From IMG/VR virus record IMGVR_UViG_3300045988_080466: a DNA stretch of 64,000 bases. One strand, written 5' to 3'. The stretch is from a virus. Numbering within the stretch: the stretch's first letter is position 1; every line of letters starts with the position of its first letter. The notes under the pieces are model-generated. The model was given only the letters and a program-made list of their open reading frames with translations, searched no databases and had not been told where the DNA came from. The position numbers and the translations under genes were made by a program. Positions 1 through 9,722 of the stretch are shown one piece after another.

Positions 1-1048
1 TCTTGTCTACTGTTGTACAATTTATTCCGAGCAATTCAAATAATGGAACAACTTGTTTACTACTATTCCAGTTTATATTACACCTATATGCGTTATCAAA
101 TCCAGAGAATAAATCTCCTTGTAGATTCATTTCTACATAATCGAAAGGTATTCCAAATGAATATTCTATTCCTTCATCAACGACTTTCCTCTTTACCCCA
201 AATGCAGTAGGAGGAATCTTCATCAAGTCTTTCATTTCCTTTCTAAGTGTAGTCATAATACTCGTCTTTACAAATGGACGATTCTTAAGCTGTGGGTCTG
301 GATGAACCATTTTATGTTCTTCATAAAAATCTTCCACCCATTTATTGATGCTTGCTTCTGCGTCTTTCATTTGCCTAATATCGTCCTTCATCTTAGCTCT
401 CCATTTTTCTACATCAATCTTAGCACCGCAATATTCAATATAGGCAATAACAGGAACAAAATGATTCTCGAAATCAACAGCTTTAAGAAGGTCTTTCTTT
501 ACCAACTCAACTGTTTGCTTCTCTTTAATCTTAGTAAGATAAATAACATCATGTGCAGCATAAACTATGACATCTTCTGTTAATCCAGTATTAACAATTT
601 TACCTCGAATACTCTTATCCAAATCCAAGCCTAAATAATGATGTGCTGCGGATTGTAGAGACAGACTATGAAATTGGGCTGGATATCCCAAATACAATAG
701 CTTCTCAGCTATCATTCCGTCCCATACATTTACAGGGACTATTCTATGATGATATAAAAATTTTAAATCAAATGAAAGATTCCATCCTAGTAATGTAATA
801 TCAGGATTCTCAAACACTGGTCTAAAATAATTAACATCAATTGTTGTGGTATCTACTATTATTTGGTCCTCACCTAAGCCAAATTGAATACACAATAAGG
901 CTTTTGTATAAGGGTCTAATCCTTCAGTTTCACTATCATATTCAATCCATGTATGTTCAAGGATGCGCTTTAATGCTTCTTCTTTAGACATGATTTCATA
1001 TGCATCGGACTTAAAGAATCTTTGTTGTTCAGTAACAAGATAAATCAT
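1..1048 (-). CDS. DNA polymerase, family A (PolA-like), N-terminal 3'-5' exonuclease part; partial, continues past window start
   Basis: Not in ORF track (open at window edge). ATG at 1046-1048 overlaps upstream stop (TAATG). My translation MIYLVTEQQRFF... shows ExoI EYDSETEGLDP, ExoII GWNLSFDLKF, ExoIII YAAHDVIYL. Confidence 0.8.
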   Translation of the reverse strand, partial: MIYLVTEQQRFFKSDAYEIMSKEEALKRILEHTWIEYDSETEGLDPYTKALLCIQFGLGEDQIIVDTTTIDVNYFRPVFENPDITLLGWNLSFDLKFLYHHRIVPVNVWDGMIAEKLLYLGYPAQFHSLSLQSAAHHYLGLDLDKSIRGKIVNTGLTEDVIVYAAHDVIYLTKIKEKQTVELVKKDLLKAVDFENHFVPVIAYIEYCGAKIDVEKWRAKMKDDIRQMKDAEASINKWVEDFYEEHKMVHPDPQLKNRPFVKTSIMTTLRKEMKDLMKIPPTAFGVKRKVVDEGIEYSFGIPFDYVEMNLQGDLFSGFDNAYRCNINWNSSKQVVPLFELLGINCTTVDK

Positions 1049-1278
1049 TAATCGACGTATACATCAAGTTTGGTTATGTCTATATCTCCTCTTAATGCTA
1101 AATCATCTGCAAATCTCTGCTTCAACAACTCTGCGATTTCAAATTCATCTTTATCCAATGTTCCAAAATACTCATAGAAAAAGTCTCCTGTAATCTCTAC
1201 AGAAAACTTAAACACTTTCTCGTTTATGTTGTATGGAGCGCTTTCGTCCATTTCCGCTCCTAGTGGTAGGTTTGACAT
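1048..1278 (-). CDS. hypothetical protein (76 aa, acidic)
   Basis: ORF in tightly packed minus-strand array; no motif recognised. Confidence 0.5.
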   Translation of the reverse strand: MSNLPLGAEMDESAPYNINEKVFKFSVEITGDFFYEYFGTLDKDEFEIAELLKQRFADDLALRGDIDITKLDVYVD

Positions 1279-1450
1279 CCTCTTTTTCAGATAAAATGTT
1301 ACAAATGTCTTTCATCTCACTTATTTCGTAGCCCAACATAGTTCCTAAATGACTTCCTAATTCCGGAGGAAGATACGGTAAACATAAACTTACCGCTTCA
1401 AAGAACGGAACTAGGTTACTAATCTTAGTAATTAACAATTCTCGGTTCAT
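1208..1450 (-). CDS. hypothetical protein; overlaps both neighbours, start uncertain
   Basis: ORF 1208..1498; internal ATG (MNRELLITK) at 1450; 71-nt overlap with 1048..1278 lowers confidence. Confidence 0.3.
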   Translation of the reverse strand: MNRELLITKISNLVPFFEAVSLCLPYLPPELGSHLGTMLGYEISEMKDICNILSEKEDVKPTTRSGNGRKRSIQHKRESV

Positions 1451-2063
1451 GGTAGTATAATAATGTTGGACTGTCTCTGTGGATATCAAGAGCATCAAAC
1501 CCGTTAAGTGCCAATTCTTGTTGACATTGTTCTACATCAAATTTAGATGTGATAAGATGATAACCATGTAAAGTAGGAACAACGAGCTTCACTCTATCTT
1601 CCTCATTACCTCTACACTTCGAAATAATGTCTACTATACTATGCAGCTTCCATTTATCATATACATCAACATCTACCAGTCTCAGTAGGTTCTTTCCGCT
1701 AAGGGAAGGTAATTCTCCACAAACATGGTCCCAAACTCTTGGAGCTTGGAAGGTATTTCCTTCCATAAGCATCCTTGCAAGTTTCTCTTGTGCTCCACAA
1801 GCTGTTTTGAAATAGCTTCTCTTGTTGAGATGAATGTATGCTCTTGCATTGTTATTTTGACACAGCTCGATTATTTTTTGTTTCTTTTCCTCAAGATGTT
1901 CGATACTGTGAATATAATAGGCTTTAATGAGTCTTGCTCCATTATTACCTCTTCCTGTTTCGTTTCCGTCCTTTTTGCGCTGAATCACTTGAAGGAAATA
2001 AAAATCATCTTCAGATTCAAACTTTAAGAACTCCTCAATTAAATCAAAGTTATCTACTGTCAT
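1425..2063 (-). CDS. hypothetical protein with archaeo-eukaryotic primase (AEP/PrimPol)-like motif order
   Basis: ATG at 2061-2063 overlaps upstream TGA (ATGA). Motifs in AEP order: LLRLVDVDV (DxD), VPTLHGYHLI (sGxH), LDIHRDSPTLLYY (hD..R). Confidence 0.35.
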   Translation of the reverse strand: MTVDNFDLIEEFLKFESEDDFYFLQVIQRKKDGNETGRGNNGARLIKAYYIHSIEHLEEKKQKIIELCQNNNARAYIHLNKRSYFKTACGAQEKLARMLMEGNTFQAPRVWDHVCGELPSLSGKNLLRLVDVDVYDKWKLHSIVDIISKCRGNEEDRVKLVVPTLHGYHLITSKFDVEQCQQELALNGFDALDIHRDSPTLLYYHEPRIVNY

Positions 2064-2347
2064 AATTCTTTTTCTACTACACAATTACCGTAATAATGAC
2101 TGCCACTTATTGAATATGTCAAGTTACCTTTCACAAAAGTAGCCCAATAATCCAATTCCCAACCGTTTGTTTCATGTTCAAGCTCCTCGAATCCTAGCTG
2201 TTCCATTACTTCTAGAACTATATCAAAAGGACATTTACCAACAAAACACTCCGGTAATGTCTCCATGATAGCTAGGAAATTAGCTTTAACATCTCTAAGA
2301 GATTGAGTTAACAATTCTCCATGATTTATAATATTTGTTTCAGTCAT
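2060..2347 (-). CDS. hypothetical protein (95 aa)
   Basis: ORF, translationally coupled to neighbours. Confidence 0.55.
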   Translation of the reverse strand: MTETNIINHGELLTQSLRDVKANFLAIMETLPECFVGKCPFDIVLEVMEQLGFEELEHETNGWELDYWATFVKGNLTYSISGSHYYGNCVVEKEL

Positions 2348-2453
2348 TCGGAATTACATTTAAGTCTGTCAAATAAAATCCATTATCATCTAAGTCTTTC
2401 TGTACGAAGTATCCATTAACTCCAACAGTCTCTCCTCCAAGAGTATGTATCAT
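2340..2453 (-). CDS. small hypothetical protein (37 aa)
   Basis: Below track cutoff; MIHTLGGETVGVNGYFVQKDLDDNGFYLTDLNVIPND, stop overlaps next ATG. Confidence 0.3.
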   Translation of the reverse strand: MIHTLGGETVGVNGYFVQKDLDDNGFYLTDLNVIPND

Positions 2454-2491
2454 GACTTCTCTGTCTTGGTCATATCTTTCAAGGATTTTAA

Positions 2492-2878
2492 TTAATTGCC
2501 CCACAAGTATTGCCATTTGTCATAATGTAAAGAAAACTTATATAATCTGTTAGCTGCCTCAACTGGAGTATGGCCATCCCATTCATCAGCTTTCCATCTT
2601 TCAGGAACATTGAACAGATTCCATTCTTCAGCCCTATAATGATTGCTCACTTGACCAGTAGGAAGGTTAGCCATAACAATAAACCATCCTCCTCCAAAGC
2701 ATAGTTCACCATCTGCATGTCTGTAAGATTTATGGACCTCATATTTACCTTCCAAGCTGTTAAAGAATGCTGCATTGTACAGCATTCTGTAGTGATATAA
2801 CTCATCAAAGGTATGAAATCCGTCTGAGATTTGTCCTTCTGGCAAAAATAAATTTTTAAGTCTTTGTAATAGTTTCAT
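2492..2878 (-). CDS. hypothetical protein (128 aa), directly upstream of the kinase/phosphatase gene
   Basis: ORF; Trp/His-rich (HTFDELYHYR, WDGHTP); family not recognised. Confidence 0.55.
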   Translation of the reverse strand: MKLLQRLKNLFLPEGQISDGFHTFDELYHYRMLYNAAFFNSLEGKYEVHKSYRHADGELCFGGGWFIVMANLPTGQVSNHYRAEEWNLFNVPERWKADEWDGHTPVEAANRLYKFSLHYDKWQYLWGN

Positions 2879-3792
2879 TAGAATTTTCCCTCATTAGGTT
2901 GTAAACAAGTTAAACCTTGTTCTCTCCACATCTCAACACATTTACAATTGTCTTCAAGAACGAATTGAACATTATATTTTCCCTTAATATTGTCCTCGTA
3001 GATTTTTTTCTTACATTCAGCTCCGGGACTGTAGTCTTTAACTGGACGGAAGAACAGCTCATCAACTTTAATATCATGCTTAGCCAACCATTCTTTAGTA
3101 GCTGCTACGATTTCGGGAGTGCCTTCTCTACCAGTAACAATAAATACTTTACACTTTTCATACATGCGCCTAACAAGCGTACAGGTACCTTCAATGGCAA
3201 TATCATTCAACATGCCTTCAGCTGCACCTTCTCCAAAGTAAGGTCTGCCAGTGGTATTCAAACACAAGGTGGCGTCCATATCCACTAATATAACAGGGTG
3301 ACCTCCGTCTACATGCTTGGCACTTTTACTTAACATATTTTTAATATCCTCTTGGATAATAAAGTCACGGTATCTTCTCCAAGTGTCTTTAATTACCTTA
3401 GCTCCCATTGGCTGCTCACGCATTGCATCACGACGAATACATTCATCAACTGAAATGAAGAAATCCTTAAATTCCAGTTCATATTCAAATTCTGTGGTGG
3501 CGTTAGCAACTTTAATAACGTCTTCCCACCACTTTACTTCTTTAGGATTGAGATTCATATTGTCTACAACAATATTATATCCTTTCCTCGTTGCTTCACA
3601 AGCAAAAGAACGCTTAAGTTCAGTAACCATTCCTTCTCTGTTCGGAACCCAATATTCTCCAAGCATGTTACGAATATCGTCATTATTGAAACGTACTCTA
3701 TGTTCAGGGTCTTCTTTAGCCCATGCTTTTGCCCAAGTTGATTTACCAGAGGCTTGAATTCCTCTACACAATATTAGTTTTCGCTTTTCCAT
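2878..3792 (-). CDS. polynucleotide 5'-kinase / 3'-phosphatase (T4 Pnkp type)
   Basis: N-terminal P-loop GIQASGKST; C-terminal HAD phosphatase DxDxT motif VDMDATL; about 300 aa, two-domain layout as in T4 PseT. Confidence 0.85.
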   Translation of the reverse strand: MEKRKLILCRGIQASGKSTWAKAWAKEDPEHRVRFNNDDIRNMLGEYWVPNREGMVTELKRSFACEATRKGYNIVVDNMNLNPKEVKWWEDVIKVANATTEFEYELEFKDFFISVDECIRRDAMREQPMGAKVIKDTWRRYRDFIIQEDIKNMLSKSAKHVDGGHPVILVDMDATLCLNTTGRPYFGEGAAEGMLNDIAIEGTCTLVRRMYEKCKVFIVTGREGTPEIVAATKEWLAKHDIKVDELFFRPVKDYSPGAECKKKIYEDNIKGKYNVQFVLEDNCKCVEMWREQGLTCLQPNEGKF

Positions 3793-4103
3793 TCTTTAAT
3801 TTTAAGTTTTATGTATTCAATTTTCTCTTCAGCAGAAGGCCAACCCCTTCGCAATTCTCCGTTCTCAATATAGAAAACTTCTGGATGCGATATATAGGCT
3901 TCGTCCCAGTCTTTGAAAGTTTCTTCTTGAATTTTATTATAACAAACCAAAAGGTCTCCATCAGAAATGTTACCATTTAGCACTTCTGGATAACGTCTTA
4001 TATCAGGGCAATAAATTAGGTCAAACAAATCTTCAACGGTTAAGTTAAGATAACTACTACCTCCTTCACTATCCGCCATAAATGCATGGTATAGTTTACT
4101 CAT
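3774..4103 (-). CDS. hypothetical protein (109 aa)
   Basis: ORF in array. Confidence 0.5.
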   Translation of the reverse strand: MSKLYHAFMADSEGGSSYLNLTVEDLFDLIYCPDIRRYPEVLNGNISDGDLLVCYNKIQEETFKDWDEAYISHPEVFYIENGELRRGWPSAEEKIEYIKLKIKEWKSEN

Positions 4104-4299
4104 AATATACTACTTGTTTAATTACTTTTTCCTCACCTTCATAAGTAGCACCTACTATTTGTTCTAGATTATATTCAGGATATTCTAGACCATGAGGATA
4201 CTCCTTTATAATTTCCATAGCTCGAAAGGCATTACGGGCAGCAACTACAATCAGTCCTGCCGCATAATGTCCATGAAATTCATTTGTATATAAATACAT
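4096..4299 (-). CDS. hypothetical protein (67 aa)
   Basis: ORF in array. Confidence 0.45.
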   Translation of the reverse strand: MYLYTNEFHGHYAAGLIVVAARNAFRAMEIIKEYPHGLEYPEYNLEQIVGATYEGEEKVIKQVVYYE

Positions 4300-4754
4300 T
4301 ATTTAACGGCTTTATACAAATCCATTACACTGTGTACAGCATAAGTACGATATGCTTCTTCGATAAGCTCTTGTGCTTTAACAGTTTCGGTTCTTGACAA
4401 TTCTGGAACTATAAATACCCCATCTTTAGTTTCAATAACGAATGTAATTCCCTCTACAATTGGGTTTTTATCTGTGTTTGGAAATCCAGCATATATGTAG
4501 TCATTAAACGACATCATACCAAATCTGTGTAGGCAGTCCTTGATTTTATCGAATGGTTTGCCTGTTAAGTTTCTAGGAAGAAGAGTTTCACAGTCATGTT
4601 TGTATTTTCTTCTCCACATGATTTTTACGCAAGATTCATTTACTTTGTATTCAAGGAAACCCTCTCCTACTGCAACTGGAGTTTTAGGCAGTAAAGCCCA
4701 GAATAATTTACTTATGTTCTCATCTACGATTTGTTTTACTTCTTTGTCAGTCAT
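4299..4754 (-). CDS. hypothetical protein (151 aa)
   Basis: ORF in array. Confidence 0.55.
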   Translation of the reverse strand: MTDKEVKQIVDENISKLFWALLPKTPVAVGEGFLEYKVNESCVKIMWRRKYKHDCETLLPRNLTGKPFDKIKDCLHRFGMMSFNDYIYAGFPNTDKNPIVEGITFVIETKDGVFIVPELSRTETVKAQELIEEAYRTYAVHSVMDLYKAVK

Positions 4755-4767
4755 TTTTATTTAATTT

Positions 4768-6141
4768 TTAAGATTCTGATTCAATATCTACCTCACCTTT
4801 GTCAAGAGCTTTACCTTCTCCGTCAAGGAACTTAAAGCACTTCAACTTAAAGGCTTCCGATTTCATATTCTCAATCTTGATTACAATTCCTTCATGAGGA
4901 ACTTTATTATCACAAATTGGAGAATTACATTCCATATAGAACTTCTTCTCATTAGCTAATCTAGCCAAGAAATTCTCATTCCAATGGTCAGACGGAGCCA
5001 AGTCAGGATATAAATCCTTCGCATATCCATAATAGAACTCTTCTACTGGATTAAGTCCAACCATTTTACACCACAATTGTACTTCACGAGCAGAGAACTC
5101 ATGTACTTTACCGTCTACGTTAGTAATAGTTACACGATAAATCTGAACTCCGAAATGCTTTCCATACTCATATTTCTCGTCTCCGACTGGTGGAAGGAAG
5201 CCATAATCGTAATTCTTTTGGATATACCCACCATTGGGCAAGAATCCAATGATTTCATAGTATGCAGTCATACCTTTAGACAGACACGGACGAACAATGT
5301 CATCAGCATATTTCCATACATCGACTCCATAGAATCCTCCCTGAACATTTCTGTTGTAATACTGGTTTTTGATTACAGAACGAGAAGAATACAAATAGTC
5401 GTACTTGTCAAACTCCTCTCCGGTCAACCAACGAGCAATTTTCTGTTTCCAGTTTAGTTCTTGCTTACACAATACATAAGCAGATATTCCAGAAGTTCCG
5501 TGAACTTTAGAAGTTATGCTGATAAGGTCGTTGGGATGTAAAACATGCGGACACTTTTTGATAAGGACGGTATCATAGTGGAATCTGAACTGATTTTCGA
5601 TGATTTTATCAAGTCCCTTAGGCTGCTTTCCTTTACCCGAATTGCCTGAGCCTGGCTCTCCCGGAGTGCGAGTATTTTTAGGGATATACTTCTTATTAAC
5701 CCAAAATTGTTTTCCATCGTGTTCAACTGAATCAAATTCAACTCCTTCTTCCACATTAAGTTCTACATTTACAGTAGACATTACCCAATTCTGCAAAACC
5801 ACAATAGGGATAATGAATCCCTCAGACAGCTCACCACGCAATCTGATAGCCTTCACGCGACCATTGTCCTCAAACATTCCATTCTTCGTCGGGTCGTCAT
5901 TAAGGTTCTCATGACGATATAAATTAGCGTAGCTAAGGAATTTGGGATTGATGCAACAAGCTGTCGGGAAGTACACATATAAACCCGGTTCGGAGTCAAT
6001 ACCAGTAATAATATTAAAGCCGTCAATACAGCAACATTTTAACTTAGTTACCTCTGGGTCAGAGTGTTTGTGGAAGTTTTCGATTTTTACAATCTTTGCC
6101 AAATAGTTCACATTGGCATTTTTACTTTGTACTAATTTCAT
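4768..6141 (-). CDS. ATP-dependent RNA ligase (Rnl5 / DRB0094-like, N-terminal OB-like domain)
   Basis: Nucleotidyltransferase motif I as KVHGTS (Lys-x-His-Gly, typical of DraRnl/NgrRnl-type ligases); N-terminal NYLAKIVKIENF...GFNIITG domain; 2 kb from the Pnkp gene. Confidence 0.7.
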   Translation of the reverse strand: MKLVQSKNANVNYLAKIVKIENFHKHSDPEVTKLKCCCIDGFNIITGIDSEPGLYVYFPTACCINPKFLSYANLYRHENLNDDPTKNGMFEDNGRVKAIRLRGELSEGFIIPIVVLQNWVMSTVNVELNVEEGVEFDSVEHDGKQFWVNKKYIPKNTRTPGEPGSGNSGKGKQPKGLDKIIENQFRFHYDTVLIKKCPHVLHPNDLISITSKVHGTSGISAYVLCKQELNWKQKIARWLTGEEFDKYDYLYSSRSVIKNQYYNRNVQGGFYGVDVWKYADDIVRPCLSKGMTAYYEIIGFLPNGGYIQKNYDYGFLPPVGDEKYEYGKHFGVQIYRVTITNVDGKVHEFSAREVQLWCKMVGLNPVEEFYYGYAKDLYPDLAPSDHWNENFLARLANEKKFYMECNSPICDNKVPHEGIVIKIENMKSEAFKLKCFKFLDGEGKALDKGEVDIESES

Positions 6142-6434
6142 AATTCAACTACTTGTTCTGGTGTTACAAATTCAAAATTACTTTCTTCATAAGTTTGATG
6201 GATTTTATAGGCCTCAAAATACTTTATTGCGGAGACATATTCTTGTACAGTGTCTCCTTCAAGTATTTCTGAACTCCATACATGTACCTCTCCGTTTGCC
6301 TTAAAGTAACAGGTAATTTTACCGTTCTCGGGATTAATTCCGAAACAGGAGTTTCCAACAGGCTTTAAATAACGATTTTCAACTCTTCTATAACCCATAA
6401 AGAGAGCTGCGTTCTGTAAATCCTTACTGTTCAT
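6138..6434 (-). CDS. hypothetical protein
   Basis: ORF 6138..6464; ATG at 6434 (MNSKDLQ) minimises overlap, ATG at 6464 also possible. Confidence 0.5.
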   Translation of the reverse strand: MNSKDLQNAALFMGYRRVENRYLKPVGNSCFGINPENGKITCYFKANGEVHVWSSEILEGDTVQEYVSAIKYFEAYKIHQTYEESNFEFVTPEQVVEL

Positions 6435-6630
6435 ATATACTCCATTCCTTAGACAAAACGGCATCAGTATAGAATTTAGTTACCACATAATTCACATGTG
6501 AACCTTTAATTCCACAGATGATTTTTCCATCTTCCATGTAATACATACGAGTTTTATCACCAATAGTCAAACAAACTGTAAGACCACTTTCCATAAAGGA
6601 GATTGCATCTCCAAATCCAAAATTTTCCAT
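6424..6630 (-). CDS. hypothetical protein (68 aa)
   Basis: ORF in array. Confidence 0.45.
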   Translation of the reverse strand: MENFGFGDAISFMESGLTVCLTIGDKTRMYYMEDGKIICGIKGSHVNYVVTKFYTDAVLSKEWSIYEQ

Positions 6631-6632
6631 AT

Positions 6633-6854
6633 TTATCTTTCTTTTATTAATTCTAAAAATTCATCCCAGTTTTCTGTGCTGTCATACATAGCTTCGATAA
6701 CATCACTAGTAAAACGGCTCATTAGTCTGAGAGTTTGTTCAAATACGTCTTTAAACATATCGTCTTGTTCATCCTTACTAAGCGTCTTACCAGTCATTCC
6801 GACTAGTAATTCGCCTACTTTGGATGCAATGTCTATTTGTTTCTTATAGCTCAT
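6633..6854 (-). CDS. hypothetical protein
   Basis: ORF 6633..6893; ATG at 6854 (MSYKKQ) reduces overlap with upstream gene. Confidence 0.45.
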   Translation of the reverse strand: MSYKKQIDIASKVGELLVGMTGKTLSKDEQDDMFKDVFEQTLRLMSRFTSDVIEAMYDSTENWDEFLELIKER

Positions 6855-7146
6855 AGGCTCGTGTGGCTCTGTATTCACACATAAAGTTTGCAAATGATTG
6901 TGCTAATGCTTCATCTTGCTTATTGTTGTAGAAGAACTGGAAGCAGTGAAATAACTCATGCCAGAAAGTATTTTCTATTTGCTGTTCAGTTAATTGCACT
7001 ATTTTTCCTTCATCATCCATGCTTTTGGCTACGACTATTTTTCTCCTTATATCATTGTGGTAGCCGTAATTTCCATCATCGGACTTATCTACAACTTGTA
7101 CCTCATACTCGGTATTTGCTATTTTAAACCTTTTAGGGATTTCCAT
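6844..7146 (-). CDS. small HExxH-motif protein (putative minimal zinc metallopeptidase-like)
   Basis: WHELFHCFQF contains HExxH; 100 aa. Confidence 0.4.
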   Translation of the reverse strand: MEIPKRFKIANTEYEVQVVDKSDDGNYGYHNDIRRKIVVAKSMDDEGKIVQLTEQQIENTFWHELFHCFQFFYNNKQDEALAQSFANFMCEYRATRAYEL

Positions 7147-7358
7147 TCGTTTAAGAAGTCTTCCATTATAAGTTCAGATTCTGATTCATCTATCCGCACA
7201 TCACCAGTGTCTATTTCCATACTGATTATATCATATATGGCGTCCGTTAATTCACCCTCGTCCTTACATTCCAAAAAATCTTCTGGATTCAGTTTGAGTT
7301 CAGAATAAATAAAACCTTTCCAAATGTACCTATTAAACTCTACCCAATGCTCACTCAT
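7119..7358 (-). CDS. hypothetical protein (79 aa, acidic)
   Basis: ORF in array. Confidence 0.45.
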   Translation of the reverse strand: MSEHWVEFNRYIWKGFIYSELKLNPEDFLECKDEGELTDAIYDIISMEIDTGDVRIDESESELIMEDFLNEWKSLKGLK

Positions 7359-8541
7359 AGTCTCTTATACATTTTAATACAGGTTGTAAAGGAGTTCCTT
7401 CTTCTGAATAATAGAAGAACTTAACAGTAGCCATTTTACCGATAATATCATCTAGATTGTCTCGATATTCTTGTTTCAATTCCCTACTTCCCATTGGTTT
7501 AGCCTTAAATTCTATTCCATCTTCAGTTATGCAAGTGAAACACATATCTTCATCACGAAGACCCTCCGAAATACCAGTGATTTCAAATTCCGCATCCTGA
7601 TATTCTTTGATTTTAATCATATCATTAGTTCGTTTACCAAAACCATACAGTTTACTTGGATTACGAATAACAACACCTTCAAAACCTTCACCTACATACT
7701 TATCATGTAACTTTTTAATATTTGTCCAACCACTAACTTCTTCTTGAGGAACAAGTCTTATTTGTAAATCCTTAGTAAGAATAGGGGCAAACAAATCAGA
7801 AGTAATATTCAACTCTTCTGCCATTTCAAGCATTTGCTCATTTCTTTGAGTAAAGTCAGCTTCTGCATCCATAATGTCATACATCCAAAACTCTAATTCA
7901 AGAGTTCTAGGGTCGTCTTGCTCTAACCTTGCGGTACCAGAAATCCATTGAAGTGGTCTACCATGAGAATATAGTTCTCCGTCAATAGATACATCTGGAT
8001 GATTCTTAAACCACTCTACCAAAGCTGGATTATTTCTTATGTGAGCAGTAGCAGGGTCATAATCTCCCCCACCTCTGCTTGAAGAACGAACTTCTCCATC
8101 TTTGAAGTAAAAAGAACAACGAACTCCATCAATTTTACGAGATGCTAACCACACTTTGACCTTATCATATACACTTGTTGCAACCTTATTAAAGTCTTTA
8201 GCAAGCATATGTTTCTTACATCCATTAGCATCGGTCTTATGCTCTGGAAGAATTTCATCAAGTTGAGCTTTAGTATAGTCGTTGATGCTCCCTTCGATTA
8301 ACTTATATCCTTTATCTTGATACTTTTTAAGGTGAGAGTTATATTCAAGTTCTGCTTGTTGTGTAACAGTTCTTTTAACCTTCCCTTTAGTAATTGTAAT
8401 ATCTGGCTGTGCTGTAACCTTACCTTGATATTGGTAAGTGTTTCTTTTAATAGTGAAACCAGAGAGTTCACTTCCTTCACAGGAAATCTCAACTACTCTA
8501 ATTTTTCCTTTTGAGTCTTTACTTATTAATGTATTATTCAT
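7351..8541 (-). CDS. lig: ATP-dependent DNA ligase
   Basis: Motif I SRKIDGVR (KxDG), motif IV EGVVIRNP, motif V MIKIKEY; 396 aa. Confidence 0.85.
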   Translation of the reverse strand: MNNTLISKDSKGKIRVVEISCEGSELSGFTIKRNTYQYQGKVTAQPDITITKGKVKRTVTQQAELEYNSHLKKYQDKGYKLIEGSINDYTKAQLDEILPEHKTDANGCKKHMLAKDFNKVATSVYDKVKVWLASRKIDGVRCSFYFKDGEVRSSSRGGGDYDPATAHIRNNPALVEWFKNHPDVSIDGELYSHGRPLQWISGTARLEQDDPRTLELEFWMYDIMDAEADFTQRNEQMLEMAEELNITSDLFAPILTKDLQIRLVPQEEVSGWTNIKKLHDKYVGEGFEGVVIRNPSKLYGFGKRTNDMIKIKEYQDAEFEITGISEGLRDEDMCFTCITEDGIEFKAKPMGSRELKQEYRDNLDDIIGKMATVKFFYYSEEGTPLQPVLKCIRDYE

Positions 8542-8544
8542 TCT

Positions 8545-8757
8545 TTATAAAGCTTTAACTGCCTTATATTTAGAGCTTTTGTTTTTAGATACATAATCTA
8601 TAGCTGCCTCTTTACTATGAGTCCATTTTGTGGGCCCGCTTTTTGACGTATATATTACATACATCGTTTTAGGAAGTGGAGATTCCTCTATCACTTCATA
8701 TTCGGCATCTTCTATAACTACTTCTCTATACTGTTTCAGTTTTTCTTCTAACCCCAT
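8545..8757 (-). CDS. hypothetical protein (70 aa)
   Basis: ORF in array. Confidence 0.45.
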   Translation of the reverse strand: MGLEEKLKQYREVVIEDAEYEVIEESPLPKTMYVIYTSKSGPTKWTHSKEAAIDYVSKNKSSKYKAVKAL

Positions 8758-9176
8758 ACGTAATTATCTAATTGGTGAGTTTCCATAAATTCTCCTCTTA
8801 AGTCACGAACACATTTCATATCCCATCGTGTTCCAGCATGTCTAAGTGCAGCAGCCAGATTACTGTTGTATTCTAGGCTACTTGAAGGAACAAATAAATC
8901 CTTAGATTCCCATACGGTGGATAAATTTGCTTCTTCATATCTTATTATGCACCATAGATGTCTTCTGTGGTCATAAGAAGATTCTATAGTCTCAAACACA
9001 ATTTTCCCTGAATCAGGATTAACTGCAACTATCCTAGCATTGGTAATGCCTTTGATTTTAAAGCACTTCCCAATAACTTTACTTGCTAAATCGTCCTGTA
9101 CTGATGTTAATGCATTTTTTAGTTTAGATGTGGCTGTAATTAATCCTTCAATCTCTGCCGGTACCATATTACTCAT
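8748..9176 (-). CDS. hypothetical protein (142 aa)
   Basis: ORF in array. Confidence 0.5.
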   Translation of the reverse strand: MSNMVPAEIEGLITATSKLKNALTSVQDDLASKVIGKCFKIKGITNARIVAVNPDSGKIVFETIESSYDHRRHLWCIIRYEEANLSTVWESKDLFVPSSSLEYNSNLAAALRHAGTRWDMKCVRDLRGEFMETHQLDNYVWG

Positions 9177-9197
9177 TTTTATAAAAACTTGATTATA

Positions 9198-9722
9198 TTA
9201 TTTTTCTCCAGTATGTCCAAATCCGCCCTTGCGGTCAGTTTCATTCAATCTTGCAACTTCTTCCCATTCTGCCACACAAGCCCATCCAAATACTAATTGG
9301 GCAATACGTTCTCCATCTTCAATGTACACTGCTTCGTGTCCTTGATTGATTAGAATTACATGTATTTCTTCTCTATAGTCAGCATCGACAGTTCCGGGAG
9401 TATTGAGTACTGTAATTCCTTTCTTTAAGGCCAATCCGCTTCTAGGTCTTACTTGACATTCCGCCACATATCCGTCTGTAAGATTGTCAGGAAGAGCAAT
9501 CTTCAATCCTGTTGGGATGAGTGCTCTAGCACCTGGGTCTAAACGCAGCATTGTGACTTTATTAACATCAGACTTAAAGAGAATTTCACAATCTCCAAAT
9601 GCCTTAATGGGTTTATCAACTGTTACTCTACTGAAGTCTGCACGTATATCCATACCTGCGGACATAGGAGTTTCATACTGGGGAAGTTTGTTATTCGATA
9701 GATTAATTACTTGTACCTTCAT
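9198..9722 (-). CDS. dut: dUTP diphosphatase (trimeric dUTPase)
   Basis: Motifs [45 protein letters not shown]. Confidence 0.9.
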   Translation of the reverse strand: MKVQVINLSNNKLPQYETPMSAGMDIRADFSRVTVDKPIKAFGDCEILFKSDVNKVTMLRLDPGARALIPTGLKIALPDNLTDGYVAECQVRPRSGLALKKGITVLNTPGTVDADYREEIHVILINQGHEAVYIEDGERIAQLVFGWACVAEWEEVARLNETDRKGGFGHTGEK

